From: Trueperaceae bacterium
GTDB taxonomy: Bacteria; Deinococcota; Deinococci; Deinococcales; Trueperaceae
Direction of reading: 5' to 3'
DNA length: 64,000 nucleotides
NCBI GenBank assembly: GCA_034521815.1
Contig: JAXHLW010000001.1
Span: forward strand, 160,001 to 224,000
Below are positions 1 through 13,586 of the stretch, piece after piece. How positions within the stretch are numbered: position 1 is the stretch's first letter; each line of letters opens with the position of its first letter. The notes beneath the pieces are model-generated. The model searched no databases. It worked only from the letters and a program-made list of their open reading frames with translations, and had not been told where the DNA came from. The position numbers were made by a program, and so were the translations under genes.

Positions 1-585
1 CGGGCGCACCGGGGTCATGCGATTCCGGCGGACGAGTATCGCTACACCTTGTCGCTCTTCGTGCTGGAACCGCTCCGCTGGAACGAGCGGTTCGGCTGGC
101 GACCCCTGAGCGAGGTCGAGCGGCAGGCCGGGTTCCACTTCTGGCGGGAAGTCGGACGCCGCATGGGCATCCCCGACCTGCCGCCGTCGCTAGCCGCGAT
201 GGAGGACGAGAGCCGGGCGTTCGAGGAGCGCAAGGTGCGGTTCGACCCGGTCAATCGCAGGCTGCTCGACGTCACGATCGACCGCGTGCTGGCGCGCTCG
301 CTTCCAGGTCCGCTGCGCCGGCTGGGCGCTGGGGCGGTGCACGTGCTGTTCGACGACGCCACGCGGGCGGCGTTCGGCGTCGGCACGCCGCCGGCGGCCC
401 TCCGGTGGGCCGTTCTCGGCGGTCTACGAGCGCGAGCGGCGGCGTTGCGGCGCCTCCCTGCGCGGCGCGAGCCGGTCGGGCTGCCGTCGCTGCCCAGCCA
501 TCCCGGCGGCGTCGATTGGGACCGCGTCGGGCCGGACCTGCCCGAACGCGAAGCGTCGGCACGATCGTCGTCGCGGGACGCCTGA
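1..585 (+). CDS. MpaB/DUF2236 oxygenase-family protein, 5'-truncated by window edge
   Basis: Frame is open from base 1 (RAHRGHAIPADEYRYTLSLFVLEPLRW...FWREVGRRMGIPDLP), resembling DUF2236/MpaB proteins. Confidence 0.75.
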   Translation, partial: RAHRGHAIPADEYRYTLSLFVLEPLRWNERFGWRPLSEVERQAGFHFWREVGRRMGIPDLPPSLAAMEDESRAFEERKVRFDPVNRRLLDVTIDRVLARSLPGPLRRLGAGAVHVLFDDATRAAFGVGTPPAALRWAVLGGLRARAAALRRLPARREPVGLPSLPSHPGGVDWDRVGPDLPEREASARSSSRDA

Positions 586-692
586 GCCTGGACCCGGTCG
601 TGCGCGCCGGGCGCCTCCACGACGAGGGCGACACGGTGCGGCTCGCCGGCCGGGGACGGGAAGGGTCGCTCACGTACGGCGTCCGCGCGCCG

Positions 693-701
693 TGCTAGCG
701 T
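693..701 (+). promoter_or_regulatory. Extended -10 promoter (TG-c-TAGCGT)
   Basis: TGCTAGCGT matches the TANNNT -10 pattern used across the window and lies directly before the structured element. Confidence 0.5.
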
Positions 702-704
702 GGT

Positions 705-866
705 GCACGGCAAGCCGAAGGAGCGTGAAAGCCGATCTGACGACCCTGTAGTGCGAGTACGACCGAACGAGCCCTCGCCGCGGCGAGCCGCTCGGAAGGT
801 CCTGCTCTCGCGTGAAGGTTCTGGCGACGGCGCTGACGGTTGGGCCCCTCGCGGCCAACGTCGTGC
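705..866 (+). ncRNA. Candidate rod-shaped structured RNA (6S-RNA-like, or a cis-regulatory leader)
   Basis: Nested hand-paired helices 705-711/860-866, 714-717/852-855, 731-734/828-831, 742-745/817-820, 751-757/807-813, 761-764/798-801, 768-772/790-794, 774-779/782-787; G-U pairs favour the + strand. Confidence 0.5.
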
Positions 867-924
867 TCGCGTTTCCCCTCGCGCATCGCTGAACGTCCTC
901 GCACCCGCGTCACCGGCCGACGTC

Positions 925-1800
925 ATGAGACGTGTCCCCACCCCCAAACGAACCTCCTCGCGTCGCGCATCCGCGACGTTCCGGATCGTCCCGACCGCGC
1001 TTCGTCACACGGCGAGCATCGTGCGCATCGTCCGTCGCGCGCACGCCGTCGACGACGACGAGCTCTGTCTCAGCTGCCCCACCTCCGCGATGGTGCGTCG
1101 GCAGATTCGACGGTTCCCCGAAGGCCAGTTCGTCGCGGTCCGTGGCGAGGGCGACGACGAGCGCGTGCTGGGCGTGGCGGTGCTGATGCGCACCGATCGC
1201 CCGCCCAGCGCCGAGCCGAAGTCGTGGCTCAGCATGATCGGCGGCCTGGGCCTGCGGAATCACGAGCCGAACGGACGCTGGCTGTACGGGGTCGAGACGG
1301 CCGTCGATCCGGACGCTCAGGGCCAGGGCGTGGGCAGCGCGCTGTACCGGCGCCGGCTGGAGCTGGTCCGCGAGCTCGGCGTGGAGGGGATGTACGCGGG
1401 CGGCATGCTCAAGGGCTACCGCCGGTTCCGGGACCGCATGACGCCCCTCGAGTACGCCGAGCGCGTCCGGAGCGGCGAGCTCGTGGATCCCACGGTCACG
1501 ATGCAGCTCCGTCGTGGGTTCCAGGCGGTCGGCGTCATCGAGAACTACGAGGACGACGAAGAGGCGGGGAACTGCGCCATGCTGATCGTCTGGCGGCCGG
1601 AACAGGCGGAGGCGGGCGGTTCCGAGGGACGCGTGGCCGCTGCCCCAGCCGGCTCCGAGCGGCGCTCCACGAGCCCGCTGGGGACGCGGCGCAGCGGCGG
1701 GGCCGTCGGGTCGCGCACCGGGTCGAAGGGGTCGCGCACCGGCGCGAAACGGGTACCCGCCGTGGTGCCCGCACGGTCCGACCCGGACTCGGCGAGCTGA
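925..1800 (+). CDS. GNAT-family N-acetyltransferase (YkwB/YhcX N-terminal type)
   Basis: FPEGQFVA, LYGVETAVDPDAQGQGVGSALY (acetyl-CoA motif A), DPTVTMQLRRGF; start taken at ATG 925. Confidence 0.8.
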   Translation: MRRVPTPKRTSSRRASATFRIVPTALRHTASIVRIVRRAHAVDDDELCLSCPTSAMVRRQIRRFPEGQFVAVRGEGDDERVLGVAVLMRTDRPPSAEPKSWLSMIGGLGLRNHEPNGRWLYGVETAVDPDAQGQGVGSALYRRRLELVRELGVEGMYAGGMLKGYRRFRDRMTPLEYAERVRSGELVDPTVTMQLRRGFQAVGVIENYEDDEEAGNCAMLIVWRPEQAEAGGSEGRVAAAPAGSERRSTSPLGTRRSGGAVGSRTGSKGSRTGAKRVPAVVPARSDPDSAS

Positions 1801-1822
1801 CCGCTCGGTTCCCGACCGCCGT

Positions 1823-2401
1823 TCAGTCGTCGTCCGCCTTGAAGCGCTCGATCGCGACCACGCCGCCTGGGAGAAGCAGGTGCGTCATCCGTACGTCGTG
1901 ACGCTCGCAGGGAAGCTCGTGCGCGACGAGCGCCGGGTGCGCGACGCCGACGCGCGGCGTGCCTGGGCGGAGCAACGGTAGCCAAGCATCGTAGTAGCCG
2001 GCGCCGTGACCCAGCCGAACCCCCGTGCGATCGAACGCCAGGCCGGGGACCAGCACCAGGTCGATCGCCGTCGGATCGACGCGAGGGGCGTCGGCCGCTG
2101 GCTCCATCATGCCCATGGCGTGCTGCCGAAGCGCGCCCCCGATGCGATGGAAGCCGAGAGGCCCCCCGGCAGGATCCACCCGCGGCACCACGAAGACCCG
2201 GTCGTCGCCCAGCAACCGGCCCAGATCGGCTTCGCTCCCGAACGCCAGGTAGCTCGCCACGGTCGAGGCGGCCGCGTACGTCGGCCAGCGTCGGAGGACC
2301 TCGACCAACGCGGTCGACCACGCCCCGGTGTCCAGGTCGCGGCGCGTGCGTCGGGCCCAGCGTCGCCAGGCGGCTTTGTCGGTCGGGGCGTCGCGATGCA
2401 T
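1823..2401 (-). CDS. ygfA: 5-formyltetrahydrofolate cyclo-ligase
   Basis: DLVLVPGLAFDRTGVRLGHGAGYYD signature; N-terminal KAAWRRW helix. Confidence 0.9.
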   Translation of the reverse strand: MHRDAPTDKAAWRRWARRTRRDLDTGAWSTALVEVLRRWPTYAAASTVASYLAFGSEADLGRLLGDDRVFVVPRVDPAGGPLGFHRIGGALRQHAMGMMEPAADAPRVDPTAIDLVLVPGLAFDRTGVRLGHGAGYYDAWLPLLRPGTPRVGVAHPALVAHELPCERHDVRMTHLLLPGGVVAIERFKADDD

Positions 2402-2476
2402 CGACGGCGAGCGTATCGCGCTCGCCTGGTCGTGGGCGCGACCCGTGGCCTGGGCGAAGAGGGTCATCCTCTCGGC

Positions 2477-2935
2477 ATGGCACGAACCACGGAAACGACC
2501 GTCCACCACCTCGTCGACAAGCGATTCGTCGGCATCACGCCCGACGGCATGCGCGTCATGATCGACGGCGAGAACGAAGCGCAGACCGGCATGCGGCCGA
2601 TGCACCTGTTGCTGAACGCGGTCGGCGGCTGCGCGGCGTACGACATCGTGGCGATGCTCGCCAAGCGGCGGCTCGAGGTGCGCTCGTACACGATCGAGCT
2701 CGTCGGCGAACGCGCCGACGAGACGCCGAGCCCGTTCACGAAGATCCGCGCGCTGCATCGCTTCGACGTGCCGGGGCTCGACGAGCGGACCGCTCGCCGC
2801 TTCGCGGAGCTGGGCATGACGAAGTACTGTTCGGTCGCTGCGAGCCTGAAGGCCGAGATCGAGGTCGAGGTCGAGCTGCTGCACGATCAGCTCGAGTCGG
2901 GCGCCGAGCCCGGCAGCGAGTCCGACGACGCCTGA
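2477..2935 (+). CDS. OsmC/YhfA-family protein
   Basis: RPMHLLLNAVGGCAAYD and KYCSVAASL two-Cys pattern. Confidence 0.85.
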   Translation: MARTTETTVHHLVDKRFVGITPDGMRVMIDGENEAQTGMRPMHLLLNAVGGCAAYDIVAMLAKRRLEVRSYTIELVGERADETPSPFTKIRALHRFDVPGLDERTARRFAELGMTKYCSVAASLKAEIEVEVELLHDQLESGAEPGSESDDA

Positions 2936-2971
2936 TCGGCCGGCCCGTCGGACGGCTCGGCTCGCTCGCGC

Positions 2972-3217
2972 TCAGGCCTGCAGCGGGCCGATCTGACCGT
3001 CCGGCTCGCTCTCGCCGGCGTGGCCGGCGGCGTAGCCGTTCTGGAGTCCCATCAGGTAGCCGAGCTTGAGCATGAACAGCAGCGTGTCGGCGTCGCCCTC
3101 GGCGATCCGCTCGGCGACGAACTCCCGAGTGCCCTCGGGAAGCTCCATGGCGTCGATCTGCTGGGCGTTCCGGGCACGCATCTCGTTCAGGAAGGCTCGG
3201 ATCGTCTCTTTGCTCAC
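2972..3217 (-). CDS. ddrH: DdrH-like Deinococcota small protein
   Basis: 81 aa; MELPEG...GDADTLLFMLKLGYLMGLQNGYAAG resembles Deinococcus DdrH as recalled; -10 TAGGGT 6 nt before the GTG. Confidence 0.6.
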   Translation of the reverse strand: MSKETIRAFLNEMRARNAQQIDAMELPEGTREFVAERIAEGDADTLLFMLKLGYLMGLQNGYAAGHAGESEPDGQIGPLQA

Positions 3218-3273
3218 GACGCGACCCTACCGCGGCCCGGGTCGCGCTCGGGTGACCGACGCAGCGCGGCGGC

Positions 3274-3681
3274 TCACGTGGACGGGTCGCCCTCGCTCTC
3301 GATCTGCTCCTCGAGCCACGCCACGACCGCTTGGGCCGTTCCGAGGTTCGTCGCCAGCGGCACGCTGTGCACGTCGCAGATGCGGAGCAGCGCGCTGACG
3401 TCGGGCTCGTGGGGCTGCGACGTGAGCGGATCCCGGAAGAAGATGACGGCCAGCACCTCGTCCTGAGCGATGCGAGCCCCTACCTGCAGATCGCCCCCCT
3501 TGGGGCCTGACTGGAGGAGCTCGATCTTCAGTCCGGCCTTCTTCTGCAGCACGCTTCCCGTGGTGCCGGTCGCGATCAGCCGAAACCGCCCCAAGATGTG
3601 CGCATGGTCGCGCGCGAACATCGCTAGATCGAGCTTCTTGTTGTCGTGAGCGATCAAGGCGAGCTGCCGGGGTGGAGTCAT
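3274..3681 (-). CDS. mgsA: Methylglyoxal synthase
   Basis: LALIAHDNKK, ATGTTG, SGPKGGDLQVG, FFRDPLTSQPHEPD. Confidence 0.95.
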   Translation of the reverse strand: MTPPRQLALIAHDNKKLDLAMFARDHAHILGRFRLIATGTTGSVLQKKAGLKIELLQSGPKGGDLQVGARIAQDEVLAVIFFRDPLTSQPHEPDVSALLRICDVHSVPLATNLGTAQAVVAWLEEQIESEGDPST

Positions 3682-5276
3682 GCTCCGAAGTCTAGCGGCT
3701 CCTCGGCCGCGTCGTCCCGGCGAGCGTCGAGAAGCCAGACCTCGTCGCCCGTCCGTGCCTGGGCCAATCGCCACAGATCCCGGGGGTCGGCGACGGCGGG
3801 CTTGGCGTACCCGCCGGTCCGGCCGCGATCGGCCAGCAGCACGATCGGCTTGCCGTCGGGCGGGATCTGGACCGCTCCGAGCGGGCTGCCGTCGCTGGCG
3901 ATGGAGGGCGTAGGCGCGCGAACGGGCCGGCCGTCCAGTCGGGCTCCGGTCCGATCGACGTCCGCCAGACGAAAGCCTGTGGTGACCAGGGCGTCGAACG
4001 CCTCCGCGTCGTACTGCGGCCCCGGATGGAGTCTCAGCAGCACGCGGGGAGGCGGAAGCGGCCGCCCGGGATGGGCGAGGAGGGGCCGTGCGATCGCCGT
4101 GCCAAGGCCGATCCGGTCGCCGGCCGCCAGCCAGCGCTTGGATCCGCCGGCGCCGGCGCGGACGTCCGTGCTGTCCGAGCCCAGCCAACGCTCGCCGACG
4201 AAGCCGCCTTCGACCGCGAGGAGCACGGTCCGGCCCCGAACGGCGGGGTCGGGAAGCAGCTCCAGCGTCGCGCCCGCGGGCCAGCGAAACGTCGACCAGG
4301 TCCGCACCGGCGTCCCGTTCAGGAGGACCAGCGTCCCGCCTCCGGCGACGGCGGCGAGCCGGTCCTGCTCGACGCGAAGCGTGAGCGCCTGGCCCAGCGC
4401 CTCGAGCGCCAGGGTGTCCGGCGGGTTGCCGACCATCCGGTTCGCAGCCTCGAGCGCCGGTCGGTCGATCGCTCCCGCGTGCGCGGCACCGATGTGGCCG
4501 ACGTCGTGGCGAGGCGCGCCTTGCAGCGAGGCGCTGCCCGGGACCGCCTCGACGACCTCGGCGGCGGGTTCGCCGAGCGACAGGACCGGGGGCGTGGCCG
4601 CGTCGCCGTTCTCGGCCAGAACCGCGGCGTCCAGCTCCTCGGGAGCGACCGCCTCGAACGTGACGCGATCGCCCGCGGCCAGCCAGGCTGGAGGATCACG
4701 GCCGGGGTCGAACAGGCGCGCGTCCGTTCGTCCCAGGACCCACCAGCCTCCTGGGCTGGCGGCGGGGTAGATGCCGCCCATGCCCGCGGCGATCGCGACG
4801 GCGCCGCGAGGGATCCTGGAGCGGGGTGTCTCGCGGCGCGGGATCCGCAACGTCTCGGGAAGCCCCAGAAGGTAGGGGAAGCCGGGCGTGAAGCCGAGGA
4901 AGGCGACGGTCGCCTCGTGCGCTTCGTGCAGCCGGACGATCTCGGCGAACGGGCGTCCGAGGGCGGTTTCGAGCTCGGCCACGTCCGCGTCCGCGCCGTA
5001 CGCGACGCGGACGTGACGGCGGCGGGGGATGGGCGGGGCGACGTCGGCCGACGTCGCTCGGCGCGCCCATGCGTGCAGCGATCTGAGCGTGAGGGTCGGT
5101 CGGTGCTCGACGAGGATGGTCGCGAAGCCGGGAATCAGGTCGCGCACCTCGGGGGGCGCCGTCGCTGCGAGGCGCTCACGGAGCGCGGCCACGCGTCGCG
5201 ACGTCTCGGGCGACGGGTCGGCCGCGAGGTCCAGGACGCTCGCGAACGGTCCGGCACGGCGCAGCTTCATCTCCAT
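3678..5276 (-). CDS. pxpBC: Fused 5-oxoprolinase subunits B+C (carboxyltransferase/allophanate hydrolase-like domains)
   Basis: FLGFTPGFPYL, YPAASPGGWWVLGRT, GAVQIPPDGKPIVLLADRGRTGGYAK. Confidence 0.85.
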   Translation of the reverse strand: MEMKLRRAGPFASVLDLAADPSPETSRRVAALRERLAATAPPEVRDLIPGFATILVEHRPTLTLRSLHAWARRATSADVAPPIPRRRHVRVAYGADADVAELETALGRPFAEIVRLHEAHEATVAFLGFTPGFPYLLGLPETLRIPRRETPRSRIPRGAVAIAAGMGGIYPAASPGGWWVLGRTDARLFDPGRDPPAWLAAGDRVTFEAVAPEELDAAVLAENGDAATPPVLSLGEPAAEVVEAVPGSASLQGAPRHDVGHIGAAHAGAIDRPALEAANRMVGNPPDTLALEALGQALTLRVEQDRLAAVAGGGTLVLLNGTPVRTWSTFRWPAGATLELLPDPAVRGRTVLLAVEGGFVGERWLGSDSTDVRAGAGGSKRWLAAGDRIGLGTAIARPLLAHPGRPLPPPRVLLRLHPGPQYDAEAFDALVTTGFRLADVDRTGARLDGRPVRAPTPSIASDGSPLGAVQIPPDGKPIVLLADRGRTGGYAKPAVADPRDLWRLAQARTGDEVWLLDARRDDAAEEPLDFGA

Positions 5277-5370
5277 CGTCCGGAAAGGGCAGGGAGAACG
5301 CCGTCGCGAATGAACGTGGCGGGTCCGCATGAGCGCGTCGCGTGACAGATCACGTGGCACAGTGTACGGC

Positions 5371-6279
5371 GTGCCCGACCTCGCTCCCATTCGCATCGGC
5401 CCGCTCGCGCTCGCCGGAGATCGTGCCCTCGTCGCGCTGGCCCTGGTCGCCGGCCTGGCCGTCGCCGAGATCGTGGCCCGCCGCCGCGGTCGCGACGCCG
5501 ACTGGGCCTGGTCGTCCGTCGTCGTCGGTCTGCTCGTCGCGCGCGCGGCGTGGGTGGCGCTGCATCCGGCGAGCTACCTCGCGCGACCGCTCGAGGTCGT
5601 GTACGTCTGGCAGGGCGGGTTCGCGGCTTGGGCGGGGGTGCTGGGCGGGGGCGCCTGGGCGGTGATCCAGACGGTCCGGCGCGACGCGTCGATCCGAGAG
5701 CTGCTCGCTCCGGGAGGGGCCGCGCTCGCGATGACCGCAGCGGCGCTGCTGGTGTTTCCGGTCGCACCGCAGCGGCCGTCCCTCGAGGCCATGGACGTGA
5801 CGGTCGCGCGCCTGGACGGATCGACCGTGGACGTCGCAGCGTGGCAGGGGCGACCGACCGTGGTCAACCTGTGGGCGACGTGGTGCGGTCCGTGTCGGCG
5901 CGAGCTGCCGATGCTGATCGAGGTGGTGGGCGGTCGGGACGACGTCCGGCTGGCGCTGGTCTCGCAAGGCGAGGCCGAGGAAACCGTGCGCGACTACCTG
6001 GCGCGCGAGCGACTCGCGGACGGGGACGTGTGGCTCGACCGTGCGGGGGCGCTGGGACGCGCGGTCTCGTTGACGGGCCTGCCGACCACGCTTTTCGTAG
6101 ACGCCTCGGGAGAGGTGCGACAGGTGGCCTTCGGCGAGCTGTCGCGCGCCCGCGTGACCGAGGAGCTGCGGCGGATCACGTCGACCGACGCCGCGCGGGA
6201 GGCGTCTGCGGCGCGCTCCCAGCCTGGCGTTCGGGCGCCTGGGGCCGTCTCGCGACCGGGCTCGTTCGGCGGGGGTTGA
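5371..6279 (+). CDS. Lgt-like membrane domain fused to TlpA-type thioredoxin
   Basis: N-terminal TM segments with VWQGGF; VVNLWATWCGPCRRELP; GLPTTLF; start uncertain (5329 or 5371). Confidence 0.8.
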   Translation: MPDLAPIRIGPLALAGDRALVALALVAGLAVAEIVARRRGRDADWAWSSVVVGLLVARAAWVALHPASYLARPLEVVYVWQGGFAAWAGVLGGGAWAVIQTVRRDASIRELLAPGGAALAMTAAALLVFPVAPQRPSLEAMDVTVARLDGSTVDVAAWQGRPTVVNLWATWCGPCRRELPMLIEVVGGRDDVRLALVSQGEAEETVRDYLARERLADGDVWLDRAGALGRAVSLTGLPTTLFVDASGEVRQVAFGELSRARVTEELRRITSTDAAREASAARSQPGVRAPGAVSRPGSFGGG

Positions 6280-6305
6280 CATGCTCCTGGACCGGGGTAT
6301 ACACT
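6276..6305 (+). promoter_or_regulatory. Sigma70-type promoter of the 23S-5S-tRNA operon
   Basis: TTGACA 6276-6281, 18-bp spacer, TACACT 6300-6305. Confidence 0.8.
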
Positions 6306-6339
6306 TATTTTTGCCGCTCGAGAGAGAGGCGCGAACGAT

Positions 6340-9471
<3,132 letters not shown>

Positions 9472-9479
9472 TATTTATT

Positions 9480-9599
<120 letters not shown>

Positions 9600-9610
9600 T
9601 TATTTTTCCA

Positions 9611-9645
9611 GAAGAGGCACCGGCCCACGGGGTGGGTGCCTCTTC
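9611..9645 (+). other. Hairpin between 5S and tRNA-Gly
   Basis: GAAGAGGCACC...GGTGCCTCTTC inverted repeat. Confidence 0.6.
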
Positions 9646-9651
9646 GCGAAT

Positions 9652-9728
<77 letters not shown>

Positions 9729-9731
9729 GAT

Positions 9732-9757
9732 ACGGCCGCCTTCCGGGGCGGCCGTTC
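9732..9757 (+). terminator. Probable terminator hairpin of the rRNA operon
   Basis: ACGGCCGCC-TTCCGG-GGCGGCCGT directly after the tRNA. Confidence 0.55.
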
Positions 9758-9992
9758 GCATGGTCCGATCGCGGTCGGGCCCCTGGAATCCGCGATGAAC
9801 CGATGCAGGGGGCCGCGACGCGTATGCTTGGCAGGTCGTAGGCGTGCCCCAGCGGGCACGCCGACAGGTGCCCGTCGGCCATGCGGCCTGGAGCCGCACC
9901 CGCACGCCATGCGGACTGACGGGCGGAACCGTCCCAGTCCAAGCGCCCCGGACGCGACGACGCGTCCAGGCGCACTCGTAAGGAGCGATTAC

Positions 9993-11249
<1,257 letters not shown>

Positions 11250-11253
11250 GGAC

Positions 11254-12102
11254 ATGACGACATTCCTGAACGTGTTCGATACGTACACCGTGCCGCTCGA
11301 TCAATGGGTGCAGGCCGGTGTCGATTGGCTGTCCATCAACGCCCGTGGCTTCTTCCAGGCGATCAAGTGGCCGGTGGAGCAGGTGCTCGACGGGATCGAG
11401 ATGCTGCTGCAGGTGGTGCCGCCGACGATCATGCTGGTTCTGATCGCCCTCCTGGCATGGCGCACCGTCGGCTGGAAGATGGGCCTGTTCGCGCTGGCCG
11501 CGATGGGGCTCGTGGGCTTCACCGGCATGTGGGAGCTGACGATGACGACCCTGTCGATGGTGCTGGCGGCGGTCGTGTTCTGCGTGGTGGTCGGCGTGCC
11601 GCTCGGCATCGTGGCGGCGCGCAGCGACACCTTCGCCTCCGGGATCCGGCCCGTGTTGGACGTGATGCAGACGACGCCCGCGTTCGTGTACCTGGTCCCG
11701 GTGGTGATGCTGTTCGGCATCGGCACCGTCGCGGGCGTGCTGGCGACGATCGTGTTCGCGCTGCCACCCATCATCCGGCTCACGAACCTGGGCATCCGCC
11801 AGGTCGAGCCCGAGGCGGTGGAAGCCGCCGTGGCGTTCGGCTCGAGCCCGAGCCAGATCCTGTTCAAGGTCCAGATGCCCCTGGCCATGCCGACCATCAT
11901 GGCCGGCCTGAATCAGACGATCATGCTCTCGCTCTCGATGGTCGTGATCGCGGCGCTCATCGGTGCCGGCGGTCTCGGGACCCCGGTCTTCAGGGGCTTG
12001 AACTCGCTGAACGTCGGGTTGGCAGCCGTGGGCGGTCTCGGCATCGTGCTGCTCGCGATCGTGCTGGACCGCATCACCCAGGGGCTGAGCGAGAACACCT
12101 GA
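11254..12102 (+). CDS. proW: Glycine betaine/proline ABC transporter permease
   Basis: LDVMQTTPAFVYLVP, EAAVAFG (EAA motif), IMAGLNQTIMLSLSMVV. Confidence 0.92.
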   Translation: MTTFLNVFDTYTVPLDQWVQAGVDWLSINARGFFQAIKWPVEQVLDGIEMLLQVVPPTIMLVLIALLAWRTVGWKMGLFALAAMGLVGFTGMWELTMTTLSMVLAAVVFCVVVGVPLGIVAARSDTFASGIRPVLDVMQTTPAFVYLVPVVMLFGIGTVAGVLATIVFALPPIIRLTNLGIRQVEPEAVEAAVAFGSSPSQILFKVQMPLAMPTIMAGLNQTIMLSLSMVVIAALIGAGGLGTPVFRGLNSLNVGLAAVGGLGIVLLAIVLDRITQGLSENT

Positions 12103-12378
12103 CCCTGGCGGCCTTGGCGCGGACGCTGTCAAGTGCTTGGACGACATGCCGACCCCCGGGGGGCGCTGCTACTGTCTGGACACGGGCACGCAGTGCCCGC
12201 GTCGAACGCGTCCCCGCAGCCGGTGACTTCCACCGCACAAGGCCGCCACCGGGCAAGGCCGTCGCGGGACGACGATGGCAGAGCGTACGCCGCCCCGTGC
12301 TGCGCCGTGACGCAGGCACGAGGGTCGCGGACGTACGTGGTCTGCCGACACCACAGCTTCATTCCGAACGGAGACACG

Positions 12379-13413
12379 ATGATGCAACGCAAACTATGGA
12401 TTCCGCTTCTAGCGTCCCTGCTGCTGGCCTTCGGCACCGCCGTCGCCCAGGATCAGGACCGGCCCGGCGAGGGCACCACCGTCCAGCCGGCGGTCGCCAC
12501 CTGGCAGTCGGCTCTGCCGATCGAGGCGATCTTCGCCGAGCTGCTCGGCGAGCTCGGCTACGACGTCGCCCCCGCCCAGTCGGTGTCCAACCCGATCTTC
12601 TACCAGTCGGTCGTCCAGGGCGACGTCGATTACTGGGCCAACGGTTGGTTCCCGCTGCACAACGCCCAGCTTCCCGCCACGTTCGAGGACACCGCCTCGG
12701 TCGTCGGCACGATCGTCGAGAACGGCGCGATCCAGGGCTACCTGGTCGACAAGGCCTCTGCCGAGGAGTACGACATCACCTCGCTCGAGGACTTCAAGCG
12801 GCCCGAGGTCAAGGAGGCGTTCGACTCCAACGGCGACGGCAAGGCCGACATGGTCGCCTGCCCGCCCGGATGGGGCTGCGAGCAGGTCATCTCGCACCAC
12901 ATGAACGTCTACGACCTCGATGATCACATCAACCTGATCACCGCCTCCTACGCCGCCTCGTTCGCGGACGCGCTGGCGCGCTACCGTAACGGCGAGCCCG
13001 TCCTGTACTACACCTGGACCCCGAACTTCACCGTGGTGGAGCTCGAGCCGGGCGAGGACGTCGTCTGGATCAACGTGCCCGAGACCATTCCGTCCGAAGC
13101 GCAGACGGGCCTCGAGGACGCCATGGTCGCGTCCGGCGTGACCGGCGCCGTCACCGACCCGCTGATGTTCGGCTTCGTCGCCAACGACATCCGGCCGGTC
13201 GCCAACAACGACTTCCTGGAAGCGAACCCCGCCGCGGCCGCGCTCTTCGATGCGGTGCAGATCCCGCTCGGCGACATCTCCGAGATGACCCGCCGCATCA
13301 GCGAGGGCGAGGCTAGCGAGGACGCGATCGTGGACATGGCCGCGGAATGGATCGAGAACAACCGCGACACCGTCGACGGCTGGCTCGAGCAGGCGCGCGC
13401 CGCCGCGATGTGA
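12379..13413 (+). CDS. proX: Glycine betaine ABC transporter substrate-binding protein
   Basis: Signal peptide; WFPLH, CPPGWGCE, YYTWTP motifs of the ProX type. Confidence 0.9.
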   Translation: MMQRKLWIPLLASLLLAFGTAVAQDQDRPGEGTTVQPAVATWQSALPIEAIFAELLGELGYDVAPAQSVSNPIFYQSVVQGDVDYWANGWFPLHNAQLPATFEDTASVVGTIVENGAIQGYLVDKASAEEYDITSLEDFKRPEVKEAFDSNGDGKADMVACPPGWGCEQVISHHMNVYDLDDHINLITASYAASFADALARYRNGEPVLYYTWTPNFTVVELEPGEDVVWINVPETIPSEAQTGLEDAMVASGVTGAVTDPLMFGFVANDIRPVANNDFLEANPAAAALFDAVQIPLGDISEMTRRISEGEASEDAIVDMAAEWIENNRDTVDGWLEQARAAAM

Positions 13414-13465
13414 TCCCAACGATCCTGCGATGCGTAGGGGCGCGTCAGCGCCCCCGCCACGCGGT

Positions 13466-13503
13466 CGGGCCGAGGACGCGCAACGCGTCCTCGGCCCGTT
13501 CTC
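13466..13503 (+). terminator. 15-bp-stem hairpin after proX
   Basis: CGGGCCGAGGACGCG-CAA-CGCGTCCTCGGCCCG followed by TTCTC. Confidence 0.65.
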
Positions 13504-13586
13504 GTCGGTCGGGCCGATACACGTTCGACCCGTCGGGCGAGCCGAGCGCGATCGCCTCGCCATCACCCCGCGCCGGGGTGGCTGTC

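Noticed and set aside
716-751. Glycine-riboswitch-like CCGAAGGAGC or a leader peptide MKADLTTL
   Set aside because: The rest of the glycine aptamer consensus is missing, and the SD lies only 1 nt from the GTG
700-924. N-terminal extension of the GNAT ORF (700-1800)
   Set aside because: Arg/Pro/Ser-rich non-globular translation overlapping a promoter and a strongly pairing RNA-like region; ATG 925 is the better start
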